NCBI GenBank assembly: GCA_963665665.1 | Contig: OY762428.1 | Location: 1,120,001 to 1,184,000 of the forward strand | From: Candidatus Kapaibacterium sp. | Lineage (GTDB): Bacteria; Bacteroidota; Ignavibacteria; Kapaibacteriales; UBA2268 | Direction of reading: 5' to 3' | Length of the DNA stretch: 64,000 nucleotides | Part shown: piece after piece, positions 31,034 through 40,040 of the stretch | How the letters are laid out: every line of letters begins with the position of its first letter | Numbering within the stretch: the first letter of the stretch is position 1 | Position numbers and translations under genes: made by a program | Notes under the pieces: generated by a model | Seen by the model: the letters and a program-made list of their open reading frames with translations, nothing else | The model's database searches: none | Told to the model about the DNA's origin: nothing

Positions 31034-31705
31034 TTACACTTTATCTTTCTGCATTGTATGGAACAGGCCTGCCTGGTGCCTGCGATCTTGACCGAATAAT
31101 CTACTAATATTCATTGCTTGTAATAGCCAACAGCCTGTTATTAAAAGCTGCTTGTTCTGCGTTTCGGCAAAGAACATTTGGGTAGATTTATCACTTTTAT
31201 CATAATCACTGCATAAAGCAAACAAATCTCTGATTTTCTGGTAGAACCTTTTTTCGGATGCACGAATATCACGAATTCGTTCAAGCATCTCATCGAAATA
31301 ATCAGGACGTCCGTCCGGATTTTTCAGCCTTTCATCATCAATCAGGAAGCCCTTCACCATATAATCCTTCAGGTTTCTGTTAGCCCAGATTCGGAATTGC
31401 GTCCCCCTTTTGCTACGAACCCGAAATCCGATTGCAAGGATCATGTCAAGTGAATAATATGCAACATTATACTCTTTACCATCCGAGGCAGTTGTAAAGT
31501 AATACTTTACAACTGAATCCTTTTCTAATTCATTATCGGATAATATCTTTGCGATATGCTGGCCAATATTTTGTTTCGAGCTGTCAAAAAGTTCAGCAAG
31601 CTGATTCTGATTCATCCAGACACTTCCGTCCTTGGCAAGAAGGCTGACTGAAGCTTTACCGTCAACGCTATTGTAGATTATTATATCTTTTCTCTCATCA
31701 CACAT
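31034..31705 (-). pseudogene. Truncated RhuM-family protein
   Basis: VWMNQNQLAELF, YYSLDMILAIGFRVRS.RGTQFR.WA, YFDEMLERIRDIRASEKRFYQK; similarity ends shortly after ETQNK. Confidence 0.75.
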
Positions 31706-32128
31706 TTGTATCAGATAATTATTTGTTCTTTTATTTGAATTCTATTAAATATAATCCAGACTAAACAAAACTCCTAAAAATAAAGAAATTACCAAAATCG
31801 ATTATATTTTTAACCTATTACAGTAAACAGGCATACCCGATCCCTGTGATCCTAAACAATCCTAAACCCATAGAACTTACTAATTTTCCAATTCATAAAC
31901 TGTATCTTTCCTTGTAAAATACAAAAAAATCTGTAAACTGAAAATATTATCAGTATTTTTTCAAAATCAAAAATGCCCTCTTTTATAAATCACCCACTCT
32001 ACCCCCCGGATTGTGGATAAATAAAAACGGCGATTATTGTTAAAAAACAACGATTATTAGAAATTATTAAAGAAAATAAATTTTTTATAAAAAAATCCTT
32101 TTAGAATTCAATTAAATATTGTTTATTT

Positions 32129-32164
32129 GTGGGTGATAAGTGGGTGAAAGTGGGTGAAAGTGGA
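32129..32164 (+). promoter_or_regulatory. MraZ-binding direct repeats
   Basis: GTGGG at 32129, 32140, 32150 and GTGGA at 32160 (10-11 bp spacing) upstream of mraZ. Confidence 0.85.
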
Positions 32165-32210
32165 AAATGATGTGATATTAGTTCTTTAGTTATAATTCCG
32201 GGTTGCTGAA

Positions 32211-32660
32211 ATGGCTTCTTTCATTGGAGAAGAGACATATTCGATAGACAACAAGGGGCGTGTAAACATCCCGGCTAAAATGCGTAAGGACATATCACCC
32301 GAAGCAAATGAAACTTTCGTCGTTACACAGGGCTTTGACAACTGCATTATTGCCTACCCGCACAATGTGTGGAAGGAAAAGTATGAAAAAGGCCTGGAAG
32401 AACTTGACCCGTTTGATAAAAAAAGCAGAATGTTTCGCAGGAAATTCCTGCGCTGGGCAGAAGAAGTAAAACTGGATGGAAGCCAGAGAATTTCACTGCC
32501 GCGTAAGCTCCTTGAAATTTTCGGAATAAAAGGAAAAGTAACCATCGTGGGCCAGATAGACTATATCGAATTCTGGAACCCCGATACCTACGACGAATTC
32601 CTTGATGATTCCGAGCAGTCCTACGAAGAAATCGCCGCAGAAGTAATGGCGAGAAAATAA
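32211..32660 (+). CDS. mraZ: Transcriptional regulator MraZ
   Basis: SIDNKGRVNIPAKMR and LDGSQRISLP, IEFWNP; upstream of rsmH. Confidence 0.95.
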   Translation: MASFIGEETYSIDNKGRVNIPAKMRKDISPEANETFVVTQGFDNCIIAYPHNVWKEKYEKGLEELDPFDKKSRMFRRKFLRWAEEVKLDGSQRISLPRKLLEIFGIKGKVTIVGQIDYIEFWNPDTYDEFLDDSEQSYEEIAAEVMARK

Positions 32661-32661
32661 G

Positions 32662-33660
32662 ATGGGACGCAAAAAGAAGAAAAAAGCGGCTTACAGCTAC
32701 AAAAATATTGATCGTTCCAAGGCGGAAGAGTATGATTATCACCTTCCGGTACTAAGGGACAAAACAATTGAATATTTGATAACTGAATCTAACGCCTTCT
32801 ATGTTGACGGTACTCTCGGAGGTGGCGGGCATGCAGCAGAGATCATGAAACGGCTTGATAATGGGGGAAAATTATTGGCCTTTGATAAAGATGAGGAAGC
32901 TATAAGCCACTGCCGGGCAAAATTCAAAGAAGAACTTGATAAGGGCGAAAGCAGCAGAATTGCCCTATTCAATGATTCCTTCGAAGAATCGGCCGCCGTA
33001 GAAGGTATCAAAGGCAGAGTGATGGGGATCCTACTCGATCTCGGCGTTTCATCCATGCAATTGGACTCTGAAACGCGGGGATTCTCCTACAGGGTGGAAA
33101 CCGCGCTGGACATGAGGTTCAGTTCGGGGGGACCTTCCGCCGAGCAGCTCCTGAACGAAGCCAAAGAGGATGAACTGGCCTGGATTCTCCAGTCCTACGG
33201 CGAAGAACCCTATTCAAAACCGTTAGCGCGGCGTATTTGTGAATTGCGCCGCGCCACACCTCTTAAAACCACTCAGCACCTCCGCCGCATAGTGGAGGAA
33301 ATAGTTCCCGAAAGCCAGAAATACAAGGCTCTTTCCAGGGTGTTCCAGGCAATACGAATAGCCATAAACGACGAGCTGGAAGTATTAAAAAATACTATTA
33401 TCAGAATAGTTCCCATACTTGCCAAAGGCGGCAGGATTGTAATAATTTCCTACCATTCGCTGGAAGACCGGATAGTGAAGCAGCTTTTCCGCGAGATTTC
33501 CCGCCCTGTGCAGGAAGGACAAGCGAACAAATTCGAATTCCCATTACCCGCACTAAAATTACTCACCAAGAAACCCATCCTTCCCGACGCCGAGGAGCTG
33601 AAAAGAAACCCGCGTTCGCGCAGTGCCAAGCTACGCATAGCAGAAAAAATTATTGATTGA
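32662..33660 (+). CDS. rsmH: 16S rRNA m4C1402 methyltransferase
   Basis: HLPVL, DGTLGGGGHA, DLGVSSMQLD..RGFS, SYHSLEDRIVK, NPRSRSAKLR. Confidence 0.96.
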   Translation: MGRKKKKKAAYSYKNIDRSKAEEYDYHLPVLRDKTIEYLITESNAFYVDGTLGGGGHAAEIMKRLDNGGKLLAFDKDEEAISHCRAKFKEELDKGESSRIALFNDSFEESAAVEGIKGRVMGILLDLGVSSMQLDSETRGFSYRVETALDMRFSSGGPSAEQLLNEAKEDELAWILQSYGEEPYSKPLARRICELRRATPLKTTQHLRRIVEEIVPESQKYKALSRVFQAIRIAINDELEVLKNTIIRIVPILAKGGRIVIISYHSLEDRIVKQLFREISRPVQEGQANKFEFPLPALKLLTKKPILPDAEELKRNPRSRSAKLRIAEKIID

Positions 33661-33750
33661 TATTTTTAAGTTTTTTTGATATTTTAAAAAACTTAGTATA
33701 TTATATTTAATAATTTTTATGGAATTTTCTGGTAAGTGCATATATAAATT

Positions 33751-34050
33751 ATGATAGAAGCCAAAAGAATAATCAACTATTTGATTTCGAATAAAGAACG
33801 ATTTCAAAAAGAGTACCATCTAACCAAGATAGGCGTTTTTGGTTCTATTGCCCGAAATGAATTTTCTGATGATAGCGATATTGATATTATTGTAGAATTT
33901 GAAGACAATGTTCAGGATTTATATTCTGTTAAAAAAAAGTTGCGGAATGAGATAAGTCAGCACTTCAATCGGCAGGTTGATATTTGCAGGGAAAGATATA
34001 TCAAATCAATATTGAAGAAACATATCATCGCCGAGGCAATATATGTTTAA
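33751..34050 (+). CDS. Minimal nucleotidyltransferase (MntA-like antitoxin)
   Basis: IGVFGSIARNE...SDIDIIVEF, RQVDI; 99 aa. Confidence 0.88.
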   Translation: MIEAKRIINYLISNKERFQKEYHLTKIGVFGSIARNEFSDDSDIDIIVEFEDNVQDLYSVKKKLRNEISQHFNRQVDICRERYIKSILKKHIIAEAIYV

Positions 34051-34114
34051 AACTTCTCATAAAGATTTTAGCTGTCTGCTAAATATTATAGAATCTTCAT
34101 CCATTGGAAATTGA
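34043..34114 (+). pseudogene. Probable N-terminal remnant of a HEPN/DUF86 toxin
   Basis: ATG overlaps the MNT end; MFKTSHKDFSCLLNIIES resembles the first DUF86 helix, then stops at 23 aa. Confidence 0.5.
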
Positions 34115-34181
34115 AATACATAAAATAATAGATTGATTTGATCAAATCAATATTTCTATCTCTAAATCACAATACATAAAA

Positions 34182-34315
34182 ATCCCAACTACATCCCTTC
34201 CAAATCCAGATGAACGGAGCCCTGACGGAGTATTTGCGGATTGTCGCCGCTGATATCAAGTACGGTGGAAACAAGGCCAATCGGAGCAAAACCGGAATCG
34301 AAAACAGCGTCGATT
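34182..34315 (-). repeat. 134-bp direct repeat: orphan copy of the tsaC/sua5 3' end (partner 36471-36604)
   Basis: 127/134 identical, no gaps; encodes IDAVFDSGFAPIGLVSTVLDISGDNPQILRQGSVHLDLEGM*. Confidence 0.95.
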
Positions 34316-34327
34316 ATGCCATTTAAA

Positions 34328-36412
34328 TTATTCCTTAAATAAAGCAATATTATAACTTGCACTTAGTACAAATTCTCTTGACAAGCCTGGTAATGGCAAG
34401 GCATATCCGGTTGCATCAGAGGGAGAATGTGTTGAATTGTAATCTTTAAACGGCAGTGTATAATCCTCGTTTGTGTTCAAAATATCATAAGCTCCCAGGC
34501 CAATCCTGAAATTTTTTGCAGGGAAATCATTAATATTTATGAAAACATTCAAATATAGATCGGGGTCTGTTTTGGTATAATAACCATAATCAATATATGC
34601 TCTCTCGATATAATATGCATTTCTTGACGAAAGATAAATCAACGATGAATTGAGTGATATTTGATTTGTCAGGCTAATCCCGGCAAATATTTTTGCAGTA
34701 ATTTCAGGACTTTCAATTCCCCTGAGACAAAACGCACCTGCTTCGGCGGTATTATCAGGAATTAAAACAAATCCGTCGTTACTTTGGTAAGTCAGGCTAC
34801 CGTTTATATATCCCCATTCCGGCTTCCAGTTGTATTCCAGCTCAAATCCCTGAAAACCTGAATTTTGATAGTTCTCAAATCTGAGCATTCCTGCAGTGAA
34901 GATTGTGATCGGATTTTCTACTTGGGTATGGAAAATATTAGCCCTAACAAGCATATCGTCTGCAAATAAATATGAAGCGCCAAATTCAATTGTCTTGAAG
35001 GTCTCCGGTTCAATTTCAGATTCCATATCATTGTCAATATAATATCTCTGATTTGCTAAAGCTATCCCGGGAAAGTTCCGAGACTGACCGTACCCGACCC
35101 ATAAACTAATATCCCCAATATTCTTACTAACACTGACAGCCGGAGAAATAAAAGAGCCATATTTCTCGTAGTTATCAAAACGGGCTTCAATGTTAATATC
35201 TGCAATATAATTTTTATATGAAGCAGATCCGAAGAAACTGGAATTTGTATAATCAATTTCTTTTTTTCCGTTATTGAAAAGCAAATCATCTCTGTTTGCA
35301 TTGTCTGTGGCTTTATCATTGAATAATTCTCCACCGCATATAATCTCTATTCCGTCAATTGGTTTGTAGTTTATTTCAAGCCCACCCGTAATTCTTTCAA
35401 CAGAGCGATTATAAAAACATTGGTCAAGTAATTCGTAGTTAACATTTTCCCAGTTGTCCTGATAGGGATAGAACGGATTGAAATATTTATAGCTTATCTT
35501 TGGTTTCACTACCAGGTTATCAAGTATATCCATTGAATATCCGATATTGGCAATTATTGTTTTGGATTCAATTTTTATATCGTTCATAGTGGATATTGAA
35601 AAATTATTGGCGGCAGTTGATCTATAATAGTCATATATGAAATCAATATCAAAATCATATATTTCCGATTTTAGAATCAGAGACGCCGGGTCGCTATCAA
35701 TTTTGAAGTTGTCTTTTAATTGTTTGCCGGGATTATAGACAAACGTTTTCTGTGTATTATGGCCGTCGCCGGCGAAGGCATGCAAAGCAAATGAAATATT
35801 TTCCGATACTTCAACTCCAGCAGAGAATCCTGCATTTGTTCTTTTTAATTCGTTCGGAAATAAACTCGTAGTTATGTTGGCAGAAATACCGTCTAATTCT
35901 TTAGCGGCCTTTGTAATAATATTAATTGCCCCTACCGTGGAATTTTGACTTGTAACCGAAGCGCCTCTATAAACTTCCACTCTCTGAATACTATGGATAT
36001 TGAAGTGATTTCCATGCTGATAGGAAGAAAACAAAAGCTCATTAATTTCTATACCGTTTATCAATATCGGAATTCTGCCATATCCTGATTTAAAACCCCT
36101 ATAGCTTATATTTCGTACGCCATCGTTATTTATATCAAAGCTGTATCCGGGAACCATATTCAACACATCGGTTAAATCCCGACATCCTTGCATTTCAATA
36201 TCTTTGGCAGCAATTATTGTAATATTGCCATTTTCAGAATGAGTGATATTTGTTGCAACTGAAACAGTGGTATCCACTATGGTTGAAAAAGTAATTTCCG
36301 GATGAAATAGAAATAAAACTAAAATTATCAGCAAAACATTTCGGTTAATTTTTACATTCTTACAGATGAAATGAAATTGTTCCATAATCCAACCCTTAAT
36401 TTTTGAAAACAA
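34328..36412 (-). CDS. TonB-dependent receptor-like outer membrane protein (start uncertain)
   Basis: Plug domain GCRDLTDVLNMVPG...SYRG...INGIEIN...IQRVEVYRG...GAINIIT, then beta-strand-rich barrel, EPETFKTIEFG. Confidence 0.8.
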   Translation of the reverse strand: MFSKIKGWIMEQFHFICKNVKINRNVLLIILVLFLFHPEITFSTIVDTTVSVATNITHSENGNITIIAAKDIEMQGCRDLTDVLNMVPGYSFDINNDGVRNISYRGFKSGYGRIPILINGIEINELLFSSYQHGNHFNIHSIQRVEVYRGASVTSQNSTVGAINIITKAAKELDGISANITTSLFPNELKRTNAGFSAGVEVSENISFALHAFAGDGHNTQKTFVYNPGKQLKDNFKIDSDPASLILKSEIYDFDIDFIYDYYRSTAANNFSISTMNDIKIESKTIIANIGYSMDILDNLVVKPKISYKYFNPFYPYQDNWENVNYELLDQCFYNRSVERITGGLEINYKPIDGIEIICGGELFNDKATDNANRDDLLFNNGKKEIDYTNSSFFGSASYKNYIADINIEARFDNYEKYGSFISPAVSVSKNIGDISLWVGYGQSRNFPGIALANQRYYIDNDMESEIEPETFKTIEFGASYLFADDMLVRANIFHTQVENPITIFTAGMLRFENYQNSGFQGFELEYNWKPEWGYINGSLTYQSNDGFVLIPDNTAEAGAFCLRGIESPEITAKIFAGISLTNQISLNSSLIYLSSRNAYYIERAYIDYGYYTKTDPDLYLNVFININDFPAKNFRIGLGAYDILNTNEDYTLPFKDYNSTHSPSDATGYALPLPGLSREFVLSASYNIALFKE

Positions 36413-36477
36413 TTTTAAATTGTTATTTCCTTTAAAAATAGTAAAATTTGTTTTTTAATGCAAAAGAAATATCCCAA

Positions 36478-37104
36478 CTACATCCCCTCCAAATCCAAAT
36501 GAACGGAGCCCTGACGAAGTATTTGCGGATTGTCGCCGCTGATATCGAGTACCGTGGAAGCAAGGCCAATCGGAGCAAAACCGGAATCGAAAACAGCATC
36601 GATTTGACCGTTGAAATTATCCATTATCTCCCCGGCGCTGATTGCCGGGTCTTGTCCGGAAAGGTTCGCACTTGTTCCGGCCAAAGGGTTGGGATAATAT
36701 TTCCCCAGTTCATGGAAAAAGGGATGTTCCGGATATCGAATGCCTATTGTGCCGCTATTGTTATTAACCACGGGCGGTACTGTTTCATTGGCTTTAACTA
36801 TCAGGGCAAGCGGGCCGGGCAGGTATTTTTTCATCAGTTTATCGAAAAGGATGTTTTCCCCGGCGATAAGGCTGCGGGCCTGGTCGCGCGAAGAAACATG
36901 AGCAGACATCGGTTTGGTGGAATCCCTGCCTTTCAGCTCGTAAATTTTCGATATTGCTTCCGTATCAAACAGATTGCATCCCAGCCCGTAAACTGTTTCG
37001 GTCGGGAATGCTATAATACCTCCGGCAGCCAGTATTTCAGAAGCCTTTTGTGCCGCTTCTGCAAAACTGAAATCAATATCTATTTTAAATAATTTAGTTT
37101 CCAT
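36478..37104 (-). CDS. tsaC: L-threonylcarbamoyladenylate synthase (TsaC/Sua5, YrdC domain only)
   Basis: AFPTETVYGLG, IYELKGR, PGPL, TSANLSG, STVLD, ILRQG. Confidence 0.92.
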   Translation of the reverse strand: METKLFKIDIDFSFAEAAQKASEILAAGGIIAFPTETVYGLGCNLFDTEAISKIYELKGRDSTKPMSAHVSSRDQARSLIAGENILFDKLMKKYLPGPLALIVKANETVPPVVNNNSGTIGIRYPEHPFFHELGKYYPNPLAGTSANLSGQDPAISAGEIMDNFNGQIDAVFDSGFAPIGLASTVLDISGDNPQILRQGSVHLDLEGM

Positions 37105-37299
37105 TTACAATAATACTATTACTCAGCATACATCAATATTATATTGTGGCAAATATAAATTATTTGTTCCGGAAAATTTCTTTTTATTATTTTTTATTCT
37201 GACTATATTAAAAATCACAATTGGACTAATTTGAATTTTATTTGAATATAAATACTTACAATTGAAAATAAATAAAATTATATTAAAACGGAGACTGAA

Positions 37300-39849
37300 A
37301 TGAAACCCCTACACAGCTTTATTGTTACAGCAAGCCTGCCGCCAGAGATCGAGCAATTAAAAGAACTTGCCTACAATTACTGGTGGTGCTGGAATTCCGA
37401 TGCTAAGGAATTGTTCAACCGAATGGACAGAACGCTTTGGGAGGAAGTGCATCACAACCCGATAATGCTTATAAACAAGCTCGGTCCGGAAAGGCTTGAG
37501 GAATTATCCCGCCAGACTGATTTTACAAGCTTCCTTCATTATGTTCACGAAAAATTTCAGTCCTACATGGAAAGCTCTTCCTGGTTCAGCGAGATGACTG
37601 ATACCGGAAGCGCAAAGATAGCATACTTTAGCCCAGAATATGGAATTAATGAAAGCTTTCCCAATTATTCTGGCGGCCTTGGCATTTTGTCCGGCGACCA
37701 CCTGAAATCATCATCAGACCTTGGATTGCCGTTGGTAGGGGTTGGATTGCTGTACCAGCAGGGATATTTCCGTCAGCGCCTGAACCACAGCGGCTGGCAG
37801 AATGAAATATATAAATATAACGATTTCTTTTCCCTTCCGATTGTTCTTATGCGCGACGGAACGGGCTCGCCAATTGTTATTGACGTTGACCTGCCGCTTG
37901 GCAAAGCCTTCGCACAAATATGGAAGCTTCAGCTCGGAACGGTTTCCCTGTTCCTGCTTGATACCAATATTGATATTAACGGCATAGAAATGTACCGCGA
38001 TATAACCGACCAGCTTTACGGCGGTGACCGCGAAACCCGCATACAACAGGAGATGATACTCGGCATCGGCGGTATGCGCGCCCTGGAAAAAATCGGTATC
38101 GAGCCTGAAGTAATTCATATAAACGAGGGGCACGCAGCTTTTGCACTTCTGGAAAGAACCAGGATTTTCATGCAGAAATATTCTCTTGATTTCCGGACTG
38201 CCAAGCAGATTACAAGGGGTTCTTCGGTATTTACAACACATACGCCCGTGCCGGCTGGAAATGAAACTTTCCGACAGGACAGGATGGATAATTATTTTAG
38301 AAATTATCCCGGTATGCTTGGTTTGTCCCGCGAGGAATTCCTGGAACTCGGCCACGAGGGAAAATACAATAACGAGGAAAAATTTTCTATGACCGTGCTT
38401 GGTTTAAGACTGACATCATATCACAACGGTGTAAGCAAGCTGCACGGTGAGGTATCAAGAAATATGTGGCAGAGAATATGGAAATGCTTTCCTACAAATG
38501 AGATCCCGATTGGACATGTTACCAATGGAATACATACTCAAACATGGGTATCAAGGGAATTCACTCAGTTGTTTGACCGCTACCTGTCTCCTACCTGGAG
38601 AATAGATACAGATAATCCTGATATTTGGGAGGGCGTGGATAATATACCCTCCGAGGAGCTTTATCGCGAGAAACAGAGACGCAGAGTCAGGCTGGTTCTT
38701 TACGTAAGGGAATACTTGTCTAAGAGGCCGAAAAGCTATTTAAATTCAGAACAGTTGAACCAGATAAACGAATTCCTGAATACCGATGCACTTACAATAG
38801 GATTTGCCAGGCGTTTTGCCACTTACAAACGCGCCCAGCTTTTGTTCAGCGATATGGAGAAGCTAACAGCTATCCTGAAAAATATTGACAGCCCGGTTCA
38901 GATAATTATTGCCGGCAAAGCACACCCCCACGATATAGCCGGCAAGGAAGTAATTCAATCAATAATTCAGAAAGTGAAAGATTACGGCCTGGAAAGGCAT
39001 GTAGTTTTCCTTGAGGATTATGATATGGTGATAGCCCGACTGATGGTGAAAGGGTGCGATATTTGGCTTAATACACCGGTTCGCCCAATGGAGGCTTCCG
39101 GCACGAGCGGTATGAAAGCTGCCCTGAACGGAACTCTGAACCTTAGTATTCTCGACGGCTGGTGGGATGAAGCCTTTAACGGTTTGAACGGGTTCGCAAT
39201 TGGCAACGGCCAGGAATACGGCTCGCAGGAAGAACAGAATAATATTGAATCCGGTGATATATATGATATTCTTGAAAATACAATTATCCCGATGTTTTAT
39301 GATCGTTCCAGAACAGGCGTGCCCCAGAAATGGGTTAATTATATGAAGAACTGCATTAAAACTATTGCCCCGGAATTTTCAACAACAAGAATGATTCGCG
39401 ACTACGCCACAAAATATTATATACCGGCTTTAGCAAACTTCAGGGAATTTTCCGCTGAAAATGCCGATAAAGCACGGGAACTTCGCACGTGGAAGGATAA
39501 AATTAAATCAAACTGGGAAAGAGTGGAAGTGATCGACGCGTCAATTATTGGCAACGGGGAGGTATTTGTCGGTAAGGAAATAAAAGTCTCGGCGGTTGTT
39601 GCGCTGGGCGACCTTAGCCCTGATGATGTATTAGTTCAGGTTTATTACGGCTCAATAGATTCCCACGGCAATATAAGCGACGCCGAATATTCTAGACTTG
39701 AACGGGTTAATTCCCAAAATGACTACCATCATTTCGAAGGTATTTACGTTTGTCCCGGAACAGGAATGCAGGGCTTTACAATCAGGGTATTACCGACACA
39801 TCCGTTGATTGTGGAACCTGCTTCAATGTATTTGTGCGCATGGGCGTAA
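37300..39849 (+). CDS. glgP: Alpha-glucan (glycogen) phosphorylase
   Basis: YSGGLGILSGDHLKS, HINEGH, GFARRFATYKRA, EASGTSGMKA. Confidence 0.95.
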   Translation: MKPLHSFIVTASLPPEIEQLKELAYNYWWCWNSDAKELFNRMDRTLWEEVHHNPIMLINKLGPERLEELSRQTDFTSFLHYVHEKFQSYMESSSWFSEMTDTGSAKIAYFSPEYGINESFPNYSGGLGILSGDHLKSSSDLGLPLVGVGLLYQQGYFRQRLNHSGWQNEIYKYNDFFSLPIVLMRDGTGSPIVIDVDLPLGKAFAQIWKLQLGTVSLFLLDTNIDINGIEMYRDITDQLYGGDRETRIQQEMILGIGGMRALEKIGIEPEVIHINEGHAAFALLERTRIFMQKYSLDFRTAKQITRGSSVFTTHTPVPAGNETFRQDRMDNYFRNYPGMLGLSREEFLELGHEGKYNNEEKFSMTVLGLRLTSYHNGVSKLHGEVSRNMWQRIWKCFPTNEIPIGHVTNGIHTQTWVSREFTQLFDRYLSPTWRIDTDNPDIWEGVDNIPSEELYREKQRRRVRLVLYVREYLSKRPKSYLNSEQLNQINEFLNTDALTIGFARRFATYKRAQLLFSDMEKLTAILKNIDSPVQIIIAGKAHPHDIAGKEVIQSIIQKVKDYGLERHVVFLEDYDMVIARLMVKGCDIWLNTPVRPMEASGTSGMKAALNGTLNLSILDGWWDEAFNGLNGFAIGNGQEYGSQEEQNNIESGDIYDILENTIIPMFYDRSRTGVPQKWVNYMKNCIKTIAPEFSTTRMIRDYATKYYIPALANFREFSAENADKARELRTWKDKIKSNWERVEVIDASIIGNGEVFVGKEIKVSAVVALGDLSPDDVLVQVYYGSIDSHGNISDAEYSRLERVNSQNDYHHFEGIYVCPGTGMQGFTIRVLPTHPLIVEPASMYLCAWA

Positions 39850-39904
39850 TATTATTGGCGGCGAATTTTTGGCAATATCTCTTTATTCAAAATATTTACG
39901 ATTT

Positions 39905-39997
39905 GTCATTCTGAACAAAGTGAAGAATCCAGTATTCATGCAGGTTATGGACTCTTCGCTGCGTTCAGTCGAAGATCCCGGCTTGTCGGGAAATGAC
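39905..39997. repeat. REP/MITE-like element (copy 2)
   Basis: GTCATTCTGAACAAAGTGAAGAATCCAGTATTCATGCAGGTTATGGA...AAATGAC; shares its left part with 16763-16870; lies between convergent genes. Confidence 0.78.
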
Positions 39998-40040
39998 CGC
40001 TTTTCTTACTTTTAGAGACAGCCCAATGAATAATCAAGCC

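Noticed and set aside
32129-32164. GTGGGTGAAA tandem repeats as a mini-CRISPR or iterons
   Set aside because: No spacers; position and ~10-bp period match MraZ boxes
34182-36604. Repeat pairs as template/variable repeats of a diversity-generating retroelement
   Set aside because: Differences are not adenine-specific, are mostly synonymous in the tsaC pair, and no reverse transcriptase is in the window
36448-37092. 214-aa plus-strand ORF, and similar long antisense ORFs (37714-38355, 59107-59640, 61379-61924, 4860-5219)
   Set aside because: They mirror well-supported genes on the opposite strand and carry no recognisable motifs
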